NCBI GenBank assembly: GCA_963803805.1
Contig: CAWDOD010000002.1
Coordinates: forward strand, 1,120,001 to 1,184,000
DNA: 64,000 nt
Direction: 5' to 3'
Source: an uncultured cyanobacterium
Lineage (GTDB): Bacteria > Cyanobacteriota > Cyanobacteriia > Cyanobacteriales > CAWCAG01
Shown: positions 29,538 to 39,770 of the stretch, in pieces
Layout: each line of letters starts with the position of its first letter
Numbering within the stretch: position 1 is the first letter of the stretch
Notes under the pieces: model-generated
The model's database searches: none
What the model was told of the DNA's origin: nothing
Seen by the model: the letters and a program-made list of their open reading frames with translations, nothing else
Made by a program: the position numbers and the translations under genes

Positions 29538-30521
29538 TTAACTATATAAATCAGCTACATACTTTCCGTAACCGTTATAGAGAAGAGTCTCCTTTTTCTC
29601 CCAACTTAAATTTGGTCCTTTACTAATAAACTTTTCCGTGGCTTGTGACCAACGGGGATGAGGTACTTGTGGTTCAACATTAGCCTCAAAGCCATACTCA
29701 TTAGGGCCAAGGGTATTCCAGTAGGTATCGGGCTGATTTTCCATAAACTCAATTTTGACAATAGATTTAGCTCCTTTAAAACCGTATTTCCAAGGTAAAA
29801 CAGCCCTAATGGGCGCACCATGCTGTTTTGGTAGTAGGTGGCCGTAAATACCGACTGCAAAAAAGGCTAACTCATTAGCCATTTCTTCAATACGCAAACC
29901 TTCATGATAAGGCCAAGGAAGGGAACCAAGATGTAACCCTGGCCCTGTAGTAATTTGAGGATCGTAAAAAGAAGTAAAACGAACAAACTTAGCTTTCGTT
30001 GTAGGGTCAACATCTTTTAGTAAAGCTTTCATCGGAAAACCCAACCAAGGTAAAACCATAGACCAAGCTTCAACACAACGGAAACGGTAAACTCTCTCCT
30101 CTAAAGGAAACTTTTTTTTAAGAGTATCTAGATCATAAGTTTGAGGATTATTAACCAACCCACCAACCTCAACTTGCCAATCTTCGGTAGGCAAATTTTG
30201 CGCTTTAAGCCAAATCCCTTTATCTCCGCCAAACTCATAAAAATTATTATATTTGCCTGCTAAAAGTTCATCAGTAGTTGCCCTATCTACCTTGGCAAAA
30301 TCTTGGTTGGTTTTAACTCCTTGGATTTTTGCTAAATCTAGGGTTTCAGCTAAAGCTTTTTGAGAAGCAGATTGCTGACAACTAGTAAGAGATAGCAAGC
30401 TGCTACCAATACCTGCTCCTACCAAGGTTTTTAGGAAGCGACGGCGGTTAAGATAAGAAGTCTGGTTAGTGACTTCTGCTTCGGGAATTTGCCAAGATTG
30501 GGAGGTGCGAATCAGGGTCAT
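29538..30521 (-). CDS. msrP: Periplasmic methionine sulfoxide reductase catalytic subunit
   Basis: Tat motif NRRRFLK; YNNFYEF, RFRCVEAWS, PWKYGFK and HPRWSQA. Confidence 0.95.
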   Translation of the reverse strand: MTLIRTSQSWQIPEAEVTNQTSYLNRRRFLKTLVGAGIGSSLLSLTSCQQSASQKALAETLDLAKIQGVKTNQDFAKVDRATTDELLAGKYNNFYEFGGDKGIWLKAQNLPTEDWQVEVGGLVNNPQTYDLDTLKKKFPLEERVYRFRCVEAWSMVLPWLGFPMKALLKDVDPTTKAKFVRFTSFYDPQITTGPGLHLGSLPWPYHEGLRIEEMANELAFFAVGIYGHLLPKQHGAPIRAVLPWKYGFKGAKSIVKIEFMENQPDTYWNTLGPNEYGFEANVEPQVPHPRWSQATEKFISKGPNLSWEKKETLLYNGYGKYVADLYS

Positions 30522-30922
30522 AAATATAGGTTCAATAGGGACAAGTAATATTACTCATCAATAAACTTAGAAAGGTGACTCCTTGAGAGTTCCCGTCTCT
30601 TTCTAAGATATCAAGCTTCATAAAACCTTACAAAATTAGCCCTAACTTTTTACCTTCCTTTGTCCTACTTCATGGGTAAGGCTTGCACCTCTAAAATCCT
30701 TTTAAAAACTAGCTCTACTAAGCTTCAACAAGCAACTACCTCTACCTGACAAGCACTCCTTTTTTGTACGATAAGTTCATGAGCATCAATAAACGAGTTC
30801 GGGAAAAGTTTAGTGTTGATTTCAGCCATAAATCAACTAAGCAATTGCTCACTAGCTGTCAGCCCGAATCTAGAGAACAAATGAATTAACTCTTACCAGC
30901 AACAACCAGGAGAAAGGGGATC

Positions 30923-32974
30923 TTGCCAAGGAGAAAACCACAAACAAAATTAAAGAGCATCTCTAATTCTGTATTGGCAGATTTGCTCCAAGTGTTACCG
31001 AATTGGCGGCAACAGATGTACTTCAAATCTTCTTTAACTGCTCTTTCCCACGCTATGGAAGATTTAGTCTTAGCTAATTCAGAGGAAACTTTAGTAATTG
31101 CTAGTTTCCAAAGGGAGCGTTTTTATCGCCAAGAAGCCAATCGTTACAGGCGCATTGCTGAAAAAAGCACTCAAGTTTATGTATTAGCAGCACCAGAAAC
31201 AGATTTTAAGAATAGCTCAGAACTATACGAAACAGTTGCTTTTGGTACTGAAGATGCTTTGTGCCTAGAATGGCATTTAGTGGCTGTCTCCGGGCAATAT
31301 ACTACTTGCTTAATTTGTCGAGAGAAGTTAGCCCCAGAAGCTGAGACTTCTCGCCCAGAAGGAGATTTTACTAGAGTAGATTCTTCCCGTCGCTTTGAAG
31401 GAGTTTGGACTTTTGATCGTCAAGTAAGCTGCTATGCGGCTGAAATCTTGCTTAAACGTATTAGCGATTATCGCCCGGAGTTAGCAGAAAAAATTGAGCA
31501 AGCCAGGGACATTTATTTGCGGCAAACTTTAGAAACAGCACAAATAGCTGAACTCTTACAACAAGCTTCTCCTTCAGCACATCCTGACCCTTTTGTACAA
31601 AGGTTAGTAACCTATCTTCAAGCTGGACAATACAAACTGCTCAAAGCCTACCGTTCGATTGCTGCCAAGCAAGAAAGAGAGCGTTTGCTTCATTCTATAA
31701 CTGTTGCTATTCGGCGATCGCTTAATCCTGAAGAAATTCTTCAAGTAGCTGTCCGGCAGTTAGGACAAGCATTAGACAGTTGTCGAACCTTAATTTATCG
31801 TTGTCAAGAAAGTGATGAGACAGCAACTTTAAACCACGAATTTTTAGCTTCTCAAATCGAGTCTTTACAAGGAAGACAATGGCCCCTCAAAAATAACCCT
31901 CTTCTCCAACAAGCCATTAAACAGAAAGAATCTCTCCAATTTGAAAATGTTCTCCAAAACCCCCACATTACCGAAGAACCTCTTCAGAGTTTGGTAAAAA
32001 CTTGGGGTATCGTTTCTTGGCTTATGGTTCCAGTTCTCTATCAAGATCGACTCCTGGGCATGGTAGAACTCCACCACTGCAATTCTGAAGCTATTCAGTG
32101 GGCAGAAGAAGAAGTTAGTTTAGTAGAAGCGATTGCCACTCAAGTTGGTGTAGCCCTCATTCAAGCAGAAGCCTACGCTAACCTAGAAGAGCTTAACCAA
32201 CAGCTAGAGGCCCTAGACCGCACCCGCAGCAACTTAGTTGCCATTACAGGCCATGAATTACGTACCCCCCTCTCTACCATCCAAATTTGTTTAGAAAGCT
32301 TAGCTAGTGAACCGGATATGCTCCCCGAATTACGCCAAACTATGCTTAGTACAGCCCTTAGCGATGCGGAAAGAATGCGGAAGTTAGTACAGGATTTTCT
32401 GACCCTTTCCCGCTTAGAAAGCGGTCGAGTAGAATGGAATCCAGAACCTTTGTCCTTAAGGGAATGTATTGATTTAGCTTTAAGCAATGTTAAAGCTAGG
32501 AACCTTAAACAAGCAATCCCCAATCTCAAAATTGCCAACTTACCTAACCTCCCCCTAGTTCAGGCAGATGGAGAATGGTTAGTGGAAGTATTAGCGAAAC
32601 TCTTAGACAATGCCTGTAAATTTACCTCCTCAGAGGGGCAAGTAATTATTGGGGCCAAAACTAACGGTACTCAAATGATTGATGTCACTGTAGCTGATAC
32701 AGGTAGAGGTATTGAAGCCACGCGTTTAGAAACAGTATTTGACCGCTTTTATCAAGAAGAAGGAGCCTTACGGCGCACTACAGGGGGAACAGGATTAGGA
32801 TTAGCCATCTGTCGCCAAATTGTCAGAGGTTGGGGAGGACAAATCTGGGCTGAGTCTCAAGGTAAAGATAAAGGCTGCAAATTTCACTTTACAGTTCCTG
32901 TTGCCAATAGCAATTCTAGCAATCAAACCCCACTAGCCCAGGTCAAACCCCAGCAATCAAAAAAGTTGGACTAA
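30923..32974 (+). CDS. DICT-GAF sensor histidine kinase
   Basis: DICT domain (YFKSSLTALSHAMED, FQRERFY, EW, FEGVWTFD), GAF domain, H-box HELRTPL and GGTGLGL. Confidence 0.9.
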   Translation: MPRRKPQTKLKSISNSVLADLLQVLPNWRQQMYFKSSLTALSHAMEDLVLANSEETLVIASFQRERFYRQEANRYRRIAEKSTQVYVLAAPETDFKNSSELYETVAFGTEDALCLEWHLVAVSGQYTTCLICREKLAPEAETSRPEGDFTRVDSSRRFEGVWTFDRQVSCYAAEILLKRISDYRPELAEKIEQARDIYLRQTLETAQIAELLQQASPSAHPDPFVQRLVTYLQAGQYKLLKAYRSIAAKQERERLLHSITVAIRRSLNPEEILQVAVRQLGQALDSCRTLIYRCQESDETATLNHEFLASQIESLQGRQWPLKNNPLLQQAIKQKESLQFENVLQNPHITEEPLQSLVKTWGIVSWLMVPVLYQDRLLGMVELHHCNSEAIQWAEEEVSLVEAIATQVGVALIQAEAYANLEELNQQLEALDRTRSNLVAITGHELRTPLSTIQICLESLASEPDMLPELRQTMLSTALSDAERMRKLVQDFLTLSRLESGRVEWNPEPLSLRECIDLALSNVKARNLKQAIPNLKIANLPNLPLVQADGEWLVEVLAKLLDNACKFTSSEGQVIIGAKTNGTQMIDVTVADTGRGIEATRLETVFDRFYQEEGALRRTTGGTGLGLAICRQIVRGWGGQIWAESQGKDKGCKFHFTVPVANSNSSNQTPLAQVKPQQSKKLD

Positions 32975-33000
32975 ATTCAACTCACCAAATCCCGACAACT

Positions 33001-33018
33001 GTTACAGTTCTTGACAGT
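33001..33018 (+). promoter_or_regulatory. HLR1-like (RpaB) direct repeat upstream of psaD
   Basis: GTTACAGT-TC-TTGACAGT matches the octamer-N2-octamer HLR1 layout. PSI genes are established RpaB targets. Confidence 0.6.
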
Positions 33019-33083
33019 TTTAAAAAGGGAGATTTCTTCGGTGATAGCATTCCCTTGATACTCTTTATAAATAAATAAGGAAC

Positions 33084-33512
33084 ATGGCAGAAGAACTTTC
33101 TGGAAAAACTCCTATATTCGGTGGTAGTACTGGTGGCTTACTATCAGCCGCTGAGCAAGAAGAGAAATACGCTATTACTTGGACTAGCTCTAAAGAGCAA
33201 GTTTTTGAAATGCCCACCGGGGGCGCTGCAATCATGCACGACGGAGAAAACTTGCTTTACTTAGCTCGTAAGGAACAGTGTTTAGCTCTAGGAACCCAAT
33301 TTAGGACTCAATTCAAGCCCAAGATTCAAGATTATAAAATTTATCGAATCTATCCTAGCGGCGAAGTTCAGTATCTCCATCCTGCTGATGGTGTCTTCCC
33401 TGAAAAGGTTAACGAAGGTCGTCCTTATGAAGGCAAGAAAGATCGTAAGATCGGCGATAACCCAGAACCAGCACCTCTGAAATTCTCTGGTAAAGCTCCT
33501 TACGAAGTTTAG
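33084..33512 (+). CDS. psaD: Photosystem I subunit II
   Basis: [26 protein letters not shown] and [12 protein letters not shown]. Confidence 0.98.
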   Translation: MAEELSGKTPIFGGSTGGLLSAAEQEEKYAITWTSSKEQVFEMPTGGAAIMHDGENLLYLARKEQCLALGTQFRTQFKPKIQDYKIYRIYPSGEVQYLHPADGVFPEKVNEGRPYEGKKDRKIGDNPEPAPLKFSGKAPYEV

Positions 33513-33516
33513 ACTT

Positions 33517-33637
33517 TAGCTAATAGCTAGTGGCTAATAGCTAATGGCTAATAGGGGAGTAGGTAATAAAGTAAAGGTAATGCTTCTTTTCCTAACTCCC
33601 TAACTCCCTAATTCCCTAACTCCCTGCTCCCAACCTC
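33517..33637. repeat. Two blocks of short tandem repeats (TAGCTAA; CCTAACTC)
   Basis: tagctaa tagctag tggctaa tagctaa tggctaa, and cctaactc cctaactc cctaattc cctaactc. Confidence 0.85.
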
Positions 33638-33643
33638 CTTCTT

Positions 33644-35182
33644 ATGATTTTCCCTGAATTTTCTGAGTTTTCAGCCTTAGCACAACAAGGTAATTTCGTT
33701 CCGGTTTATCAAGAGTGGGTAGCGGATTTAGAAACTCCTGTATCAGCTTGGTACAAAATTTGTGCTGGGCAACCTTATAGTTTTTTGTTGGAATCAGTAG
33801 AAGCAGGAGAAAAATTAGGGCGTTATAGTTTCCTGGGGTGTGATCCCATGTGGATTTTGCAAGTGAAGGGAAACACTAACACTCAGTTTAATCGTGATGG
33901 TTCTATTGATATCTACGAAGGCAATCCTTTTGAGGTGCTGAGTCAATGCTTAGCTACTATCAACCCTGTCAATATCCCTCAACTTCCCCCAGGTATTGGT
34001 GGTTTATTTGGATTTTGGGGCTATGAATTAATTAATTGGATTGAACCAACAGTACCAATTTACGAAGCTACTGCTGAGGATTTACCTGATGGTGTCTGGA
34101 TGCAAGTCGATAATTTGATTGTCTTTGACCAAGTAAAGCGAAAAATTTGGGCGATCGCTTATGCTGATTTACGAGATTCTGAAACTGACCTCCAACAAGC
34201 TTATCAACAAGCCTGCGATCGCGTCACCAAGTTGATGGTGAAACTACAACTGCCCCTTCCTTTAGAAGCGAAGGCCTTAGAATGGACTCCTCGATCAAGC
34301 AATAGCAACAATTTTTCTGGGGATTTAACTTGGAAAAGCAACACTTCTCGCGCTGATTTTTGTGCCAATGTTGAGAAAGCCAAAGAATATATCCATGCTG
34401 GAGATATTTTTCAAGTAGTTCTTTCCCAACGTCTCCAGTCAAATTACCACGGCGATCCTTTTAATCTTTATCGTTCTTTACGGGTTATCAATCCTTCACC
34501 CTATATGTCTTACTATAATTTTGGAGATTGGCAGCTAATTGGCTCTTCTCCAGAAGTTATGGTCAAAGCAGAAGTTGAGTACCAAGGAGAAACTAAAGCG
34601 ACTTTACGCCCCATTGCGGGTACAAGGAGGCGGGGAAAGACCCTATCTGAAGATTTAGAGTTAGCTGAAGAATTACTCGAAGATCCCAAAGAAGTAGCTG
34701 AACATATTATGTTGGTAGATCTAGGGCGTAATGATTTAGGTAGGGTCTGTCAACACGGTAAAGTAAGCGTAGATCAATTGATGATTATTGAGCGCTACTC
34801 CCATGTGATGCACATTGTCAGTAACGTCATCGGCAAATTACAACCAGACAAGACAGCCTGGGATTTATTAAAAGCCTGTTTTCCAGCCGGAACCGTAAGC
34901 GGCGCACCGAAAATAAGAGCAATGGAAATTCTCCACGAACTCGAACCAGAGAGGAGAGGTCCTTACTCTGGTGCTTACGGTTATTACGACTTTGAAGGAC
35001 AACTCAACAGCGCTATCACTATTCGTACTATGGTGGTGCGCTCAGATAAGCCTAATCAGCAGATTGTTTCTGTACAAGCTGGTGCTGGCTTAGTAGCTGA
35101 TTCACAACCAGAAAAAGAATACGAAGAAACATTGAATAAAGCAAGAGGCTTATTAGAGGCTATTCTTTGCTTGCAAGGTTAG
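33644..35182 (+). CDS. trpE: Anthranilate synthase component I
   Basis: LLESVE, GDIFQVVLSQR, NPSPYM, PIAGTR, EHIMLVDLGRND and GTVSGAPK. Confidence 0.96.
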   Translation: MIFPEFSEFSALAQQGNFVPVYQEWVADLETPVSAWYKICAGQPYSFLLESVEAGEKLGRYSFLGCDPMWILQVKGNTNTQFNRDGSIDIYEGNPFEVLSQCLATINPVNIPQLPPGIGGLFGFWGYELINWIEPTVPIYEATAEDLPDGVWMQVDNLIVFDQVKRKIWAIAYADLRDSETDLQQAYQQACDRVTKLMVKLQLPLPLEAKALEWTPRSSNSNNFSGDLTWKSNTSRADFCANVEKAKEYIHAGDIFQVVLSQRLQSNYHGDPFNLYRSLRVINPSPYMSYYNFGDWQLIGSSPEVMVKAEVEYQGETKATLRPIAGTRRRGKTLSEDLELAEELLEDPKEVAEHIMLVDLGRNDLGRVCQHGKVSVDQLMIIERYSHVMHIVSNVIGKLQPDKTAWDLLKACFPAGTVSGAPKIRAMEILHELEPERRGPYSGAYGYYDFEGQLNSAITIRTMVVRSDKPNQQIVSVQAGAGLVADSQPEKEYEETLNKARGLLEAILCLQG

Positions 35183-35197
35183 AGGATTGATGACAAT

Positions 35198-36538
35198 TTA
35201 AGTCCTATCTCTATCAGCTAAAGCATCCGTTTGCATAATCTTGGCTTCATAAGGAATTACTCCTGAATGTTCGCTACCCAAACAGCGGGCTGCTCCTAGG
35301 GACAAATCTAAAGTGCGAGGAGGAATATAAGGGCCTCTGTCATTAATTCTCACAATTGCCGATTTATTAGTATCTAAATTAGTGACTTTAAGGTAGGTAT
35401 TAAAAGGTAAAGAAGGATGAGCAGCAGTCATAGCTAGCTGATCATAAGTTTCTCCATTAGCTGTTAAACGCCCGTGAAAATAAGGACCGTACCAAGAAGC
35501 TAGCCCCTTAATTGCTCCAGAGCTACCTGCTAAATTGTACATTTGACTTTGAGCTTCGATTAAATCTAGGGGAGAAGCTCCCAAAGCGATGCGTAAATTG
35601 TTGACCCATTTGATTGCTAATAAGTCTGGGTTAGGAGCATCATGCTCAGCTACTACCTTGTCATCAATAGTAAATAAAAGCTGCCCATTTATTTTAGCTC
35701 CTGGCTGGTTATCAACTAGGGCAGGTTGAATATTATCAGGGTTGAAGCCTGGTTGAGCCAAAGCTTTATGGAGATGCTGTCGTAAAGAGTTTGCTTGAGT
35801 GCGATCACCTATTTGGGCAATAACTTGACCTTTAATAGAAACAGCATACTTTTCTCTAGATTGTTTTTTAGCAGCTTGCTGAGAAAGCCGGGGTAAAGAA
35901 AGCCAAAATCTTTTACTATTCTGGTTTTTATTCTGACGAAGCCATTCTTCTACTTTGAGCTGACTGGTACTTACTTTCTCAACAGCAATAAACTCGGCTG
36001 TTTTAGTAAAGTTTGAATTTTTGCGGTGAGAGTCTCCTGATGAACTAAAAAGATTGCGTACTATTTTCCTCAGTTTTTGAGGTATGCCAAGTTTGGCAGT
36101 TCTTTCTTTTGAGGTATTAACTACTGATACTGATTCTTCCTTAAGAGATACCGATTGTGCTTTCCCGTAAGAATAATCATTCTGAGGAACAGAAACAGCA
36201 ATAGGAGAAATATTTTCATTTTCTGCAATTAAGGTGCAGAAACTTATTCCCTTAGAGCTGTGGGTGACAGCAGAATCAGAGGAAGTTTGGGCAACATTGA
36301 CATTACTCGCCAAAATCGAGTGAGAGTTCACTTTGGCGAATAAATATTGGCTGTTAGCTGGTGCAGATGGAACTGCAGCTAGGGCAAGAGTTTGCTTTTC
36401 CCAAGAGTCGTTGATGGCTGATAAGGCATTTCCCGGTAAATGACCAGAAACATTATCAGGTAATCTTAGTAAACCGTGACTAGAGGCGAGGAAAAAGCTC
36501 ACCCAAGAAGTTACCCAAGCAAGTCTGAATATAGGCAT
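35198..36538 (-). CDS. rlpA: RlpA-family lytic transglycosylase with long N-terminal extension
   Basis: C-terminal DPBB domain: GLASWYGPYFHGRLTANGE, TAAHPSLPF and RINDRGPY. Confidence 0.88.
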   Translation of the reverse strand: MPIFRLAWVTSWVSFFLASSHGLLRLPDNVSGHLPGNALSAINDSWEKQTLALAAVPSAPANSQYLFAKVNSHSILASNVNVAQTSSDSAVTHSSKGISFCTLIAENENISPIAVSVPQNDYSYGKAQSVSLKEESVSVVNTSKERTAKLGIPQKLRKIVRNLFSSSGDSHRKNSNFTKTAEFIAVEKVSTSQLKVEEWLRQNKNQNSKRFWLSLPRLSQQAAKKQSREKYAVSIKGQVIAQIGDRTQANSLRQHLHKALAQPGFNPDNIQPALVDNQPGAKINGQLLFTIDDKVVAEHDAPNPDLLAIKWVNNLRIALGASPLDLIEAQSQMYNLAGSSGAIKGLASWYGPYFHGRLTANGETYDQLAMTAAHPSLPFNTYLKVTNLDTNKSAIVRINDRGPYIPPRTLDLSLGAARCLGSEHSGVIPYEAKIMQTDALADRDRT

Positions 36539-37812
36539 GAGAAGTAAAATCTTTAGATGAGATACACTCTGGACTGCAAACAGTATTTTAGTATACAGAA
36601 GCTATATGTCAATAGATCAGTCTTAGGACTGATCCCCAGTATTTGTTAAAAACAAAACAGAGCTTTGTTTGAAAGTGGGGATCGCTTTTGATTATTTCTT
36701 CAAAAAAAGAAAATAATCTTACTGGTCTATATAGATAGCTCAACTCTAGGTTTCCTGTTTTTTCTAATTTTTAACTTGATATTCATTAAATCGATAGAAC
36801 AGTGATGTTTATATTTGTTTTGCAAATACTGCCTCTCAATAACAATTTGTTCTGACTTTTATGAAATGAAAATAAAATTCATGACTTTATAATTTATTCC
36901 TATAGATAATTATCTATTTAGCTAATTACATTAGATAAGGATAATTTGACTTCCTTGAGATGCTTAATTTATAGTGCTTTAGTTGTATTTTACGACTCTT
37001 GAGGATTTGTTTGTCTAGATATTTTAACTATGTAGTTGAAAGTTTTCTCCGAATAATAAATAAGCTTTTAGCAAAAATAACAATTGAGTTTATCAATTAT
37101 AGACGACTTCCTAATTATTCTAGACTGAGGGAGTATCTTTTACGTCAGAATTTGATTGAAGTATTGGAATTTTTGAGAAACTATTTTAGTTCCTAATATA
37201 GAAAAAATGAGATATTTTAATATACCTATATTTTCTTTATTCTTTGATATATTATTTGGTAAACACACTTTATTTTCCACAAAATATACTACTGTTTAAA
37301 AATTGATTGGATTGTAATTTTCCAAAGCTATTTTTTCCTTTGGTAAAGTCCTTTCGTATATCTTTGTTGTTTAATTAATTTACTAAAGCTATGATGACGA
37401 GATTTATCAAGATTATAGAGAAAATAGGCAGCTAAAGAGGTATCAATGGGTCAAAATGCTTTACCTTCATTAATACGGATACTGGTTAGTCCTCTCCCTA
37501 AGGAGACTTTACATATAACTGTTTACATAAATTAAATAAAGGAAGGTGAAAGAGAGATAACACCTTTATCAACTTACGTAATGTAAGGTTTATACCTAAT
37601 TGATTTCCGTCTTTAATATTGAAGAGGAGATTAATCGTTATGTATTTTCCCTAGATATGGAAAAACAACTGTTTCTGTCAAATTATTATTTCTTAATCAC
37701 TAATAAGCAGCTTAACAAAAAAATACATATTAGATAATAACAAGCTACAAAAATGAGTAGTTGTTATCGGAGTAGAATAGGCATTTAAACTGCTCGTCAT
37801 CATAGCCTGATT

Positions 37813-39204
37813 ATGTCTACCTCCCCTGCAACCCTAGCCCAAACCCTCCAGAGAAGGCGGCAAAAACTAGCAAAATTAATTGACAGACCAGTTATTTTGT
37901 GGTCAGGACAAGCCTCTTGGCGGAACTTCCCCAGTAATCCTTTCCCTTTTCGTGCTAGTAGTCATTTTCTCTATTTTGCTGGTTTACCTATAGAAAATGC
38001 AGCTATTCGCTTAGAAAATGGCAAGTTGAGTTTATTTAAAGATGATGCAACTCCAGCTAGTATTCTTTGGCACGGAGAAATGCCCACGGGAGAAGAAATT
38101 GCTCAATTTATAGGAGCAGATACCGCTTATCCTTTAGCAGAGTTGGTATCCCAAGCAGAAGGGACAGCTACTATTGCTGTACAAGATAGGAAAACTTATC
38201 AACAGCAAATTGAAATTCTCAACAGGGCAGTAACTGAAACTCCTCAAGGAATAGATTTACAGTTAGCTAAAGCAATTATTAACTTGCGCCTCACCTGTGA
38301 TGCTGATGCCTTAGCTGAGTTACGTCAAGCTGCCCTTGTTTCAGTACAAGCCCATAAAATTGGTATGGCAACGACTCTGAATGTGAGGACAGAAGCTGAA
38401 GTGCGAGGAGCGATGGAGGGGGTGATTATTGCTAACAATATGACTTGTGCTTACTCTAGTATTGTCACAGTACATGGGGAAATACTACACAACCAAGACT
38501 ATAGCTATCCCCTTCAACCAGGAGATTTACTATTAGCCGATGTGGGGGCTGAAACAGAAATGGGTTGGGCTTCTGACATTACTCGTACTTGGCCTGTTAG
38601 GGGTAAGTTTTCTTCTACCCAAAGAGCGATTTACGATCTTGTTTTAGCTGCCCACGATGCTTGTATTGAAAAAGTAAGCCCCAATGTAGAATATCGAGAC
38701 ATACATCTTTTAGCAGCTTCTATTATTACTGAAGGATTGGTAGATTTAGGAATTTTGCGAGGTCGGGTTGAAGATTTAGTTGCCATAGATGCCCATGCTT
38801 TGTTTTTCCCCCATGGTATTGGTCATTTGTTGGGCTTAGATGTTCACGATATGGAAGATTTAGGGGATTTAGCTGGCTACGGGGCAGATAGAAAGAGGAG
38901 CGATCGCTTTGGTTTATCCTATTTGCGTCTCCACCGTCCTTTAAAACCGGGTATGGTTATTACCATCGAACCAGGATTTTATCAAATTCCTGCTCTTCTC
39001 AACAACCCTAAACATCGAGCCAGATATCATAGTGTCGTTGATTGGGAGCGTTTGGCTCAATTTGCTGATGTGCGGGGTATTCGTATCGAAGATGATGTTT
39101 TAGTAACTCAAGGGGGAAGGGAAGTTTTAACCATTGAGTTGCCAACCCAAGCTGAAGCTATCGAACAAATAGTGCAAGGAGGGCTGAGGCAATTCGCAGG
39201 ATAA
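37813..39204 (+). CDS. pepP: Xaa-Pro aminopeptidase (M24B)
   Basis: DVGAE..ASDITRT, HGIGHLLGLDVHD, TIEPGFY and GIRIEDD. Confidence 0.93.
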   Translation: MSTSPATLAQTLQRRRQKLAKLIDRPVILWSGQASWRNFPSNPFPFRASSHFLYFAGLPIENAAIRLENGKLSLFKDDATPASILWHGEMPTGEEIAQFIGADTAYPLAELVSQAEGTATIAVQDRKTYQQQIEILNRAVTETPQGIDLQLAKAIINLRLTCDADALAELRQAALVSVQAHKIGMATTLNVRTEAEVRGAMEGVIIANNMTCAYSSIVTVHGEILHNQDYSYPLQPGDLLLADVGAETEMGWASDITRTWPVRGKFSSTQRAIYDLVLAAHDACIEKVSPNVEYRDIHLLAASIITEGLVDLGILRGRVEDLVAIDAHALFFPHGIGHLLGLDVHDMEDLGDLAGYGADRKRSDRFGLSYLRLHRPLKPGMVITIEPGFYQIPALLNNPKHRARYHSVVDWERLAQFADVRGIRIEDDVLVTQGGREVLTIELPTQAEAIEQIVQGGLRQFAG

Positions 39205-39377
39205 CATCTTCAAAATCCCAGTCCCTACTTCAGACCATTTTCCTTTAAAATGATTATCCTACCTCATCTAAAATAGTATTTGATGCTTCTATCGGACTAA
39301 CACTTTAAGCCGGTTTTACACTATATTTAGAGTACTGAACTAGCTTATTACGCTATATATAGTGTTAGCCTGAATCC

Positions 39378-39749
39378 ATGAGCGCCCTTCCTCTTCCCCA
39401 ATTTGAGATCCATACAGCTTCCCAATTAGCTGACTATTTACAGTCTGCGGTAAGTTGGCGCGAAGTTGAAGCACTGACTTTGAACTATCCCGATTGGAAA
39501 GCTGAAGCTTGGGAAATGCTCTCGGAAGAAGATAGGGAGCGCATTAAAGCCTTTAAAAAATGGGCTAACCATCCCCTGGCTCAAAAATTTCCTCCTTATT
39601 CGATAGTACAACGCCTAGATGATAGAGAAGGGCAAACTGGTAAAGTGATTAACTATTGGAGTGCCTACGGTATAGATTACATAACTTTTTCCGTTGACCA
39701 GGATATTGACTGGTGTAGAGCCAGTCAATTAAAAAAAGTCAGATTGTGA
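39378..39749 (+). CDS. Hypothetical protein
   Basis: 123-aa ATG-started ORF filling the gap, with natural composition and no recognised domain. Confidence 0.75.
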   Translation: MSALPLPQFEIHTASQLADYLQSAVSWREVEALTLNYPDWKAEAWEMLSEEDRERIKAFKKWANHPLAQKFPPYSIVQRLDDREGQTGKVINYWSAYGIDYITFSVDQDIDWCRASQLKKVRL

Positions 39750-39770
39750 ATATAACAAAAGCTTAATTAT

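Noticed and set aside
30779..30961. GAGCATC direct repeat suggesting an insertion that split the kinase start (ATGAGCATC vs AAGAGCATC)
   Set aside because: Only 7 bp, with no TIRs. The TTG start at 30923 has its own purine-rich SD.
33517..33637. Tandem repeats as a possible CRISPR-like array
   Set aside because: The units are 7-8 bp with no unique spacers, i.e. ordinary STRR-type repeats.
36999..37196. 65-aa plus-strand ORF
   Set aside because: TTG start, no SD and AT-driven composition; likely spurious.
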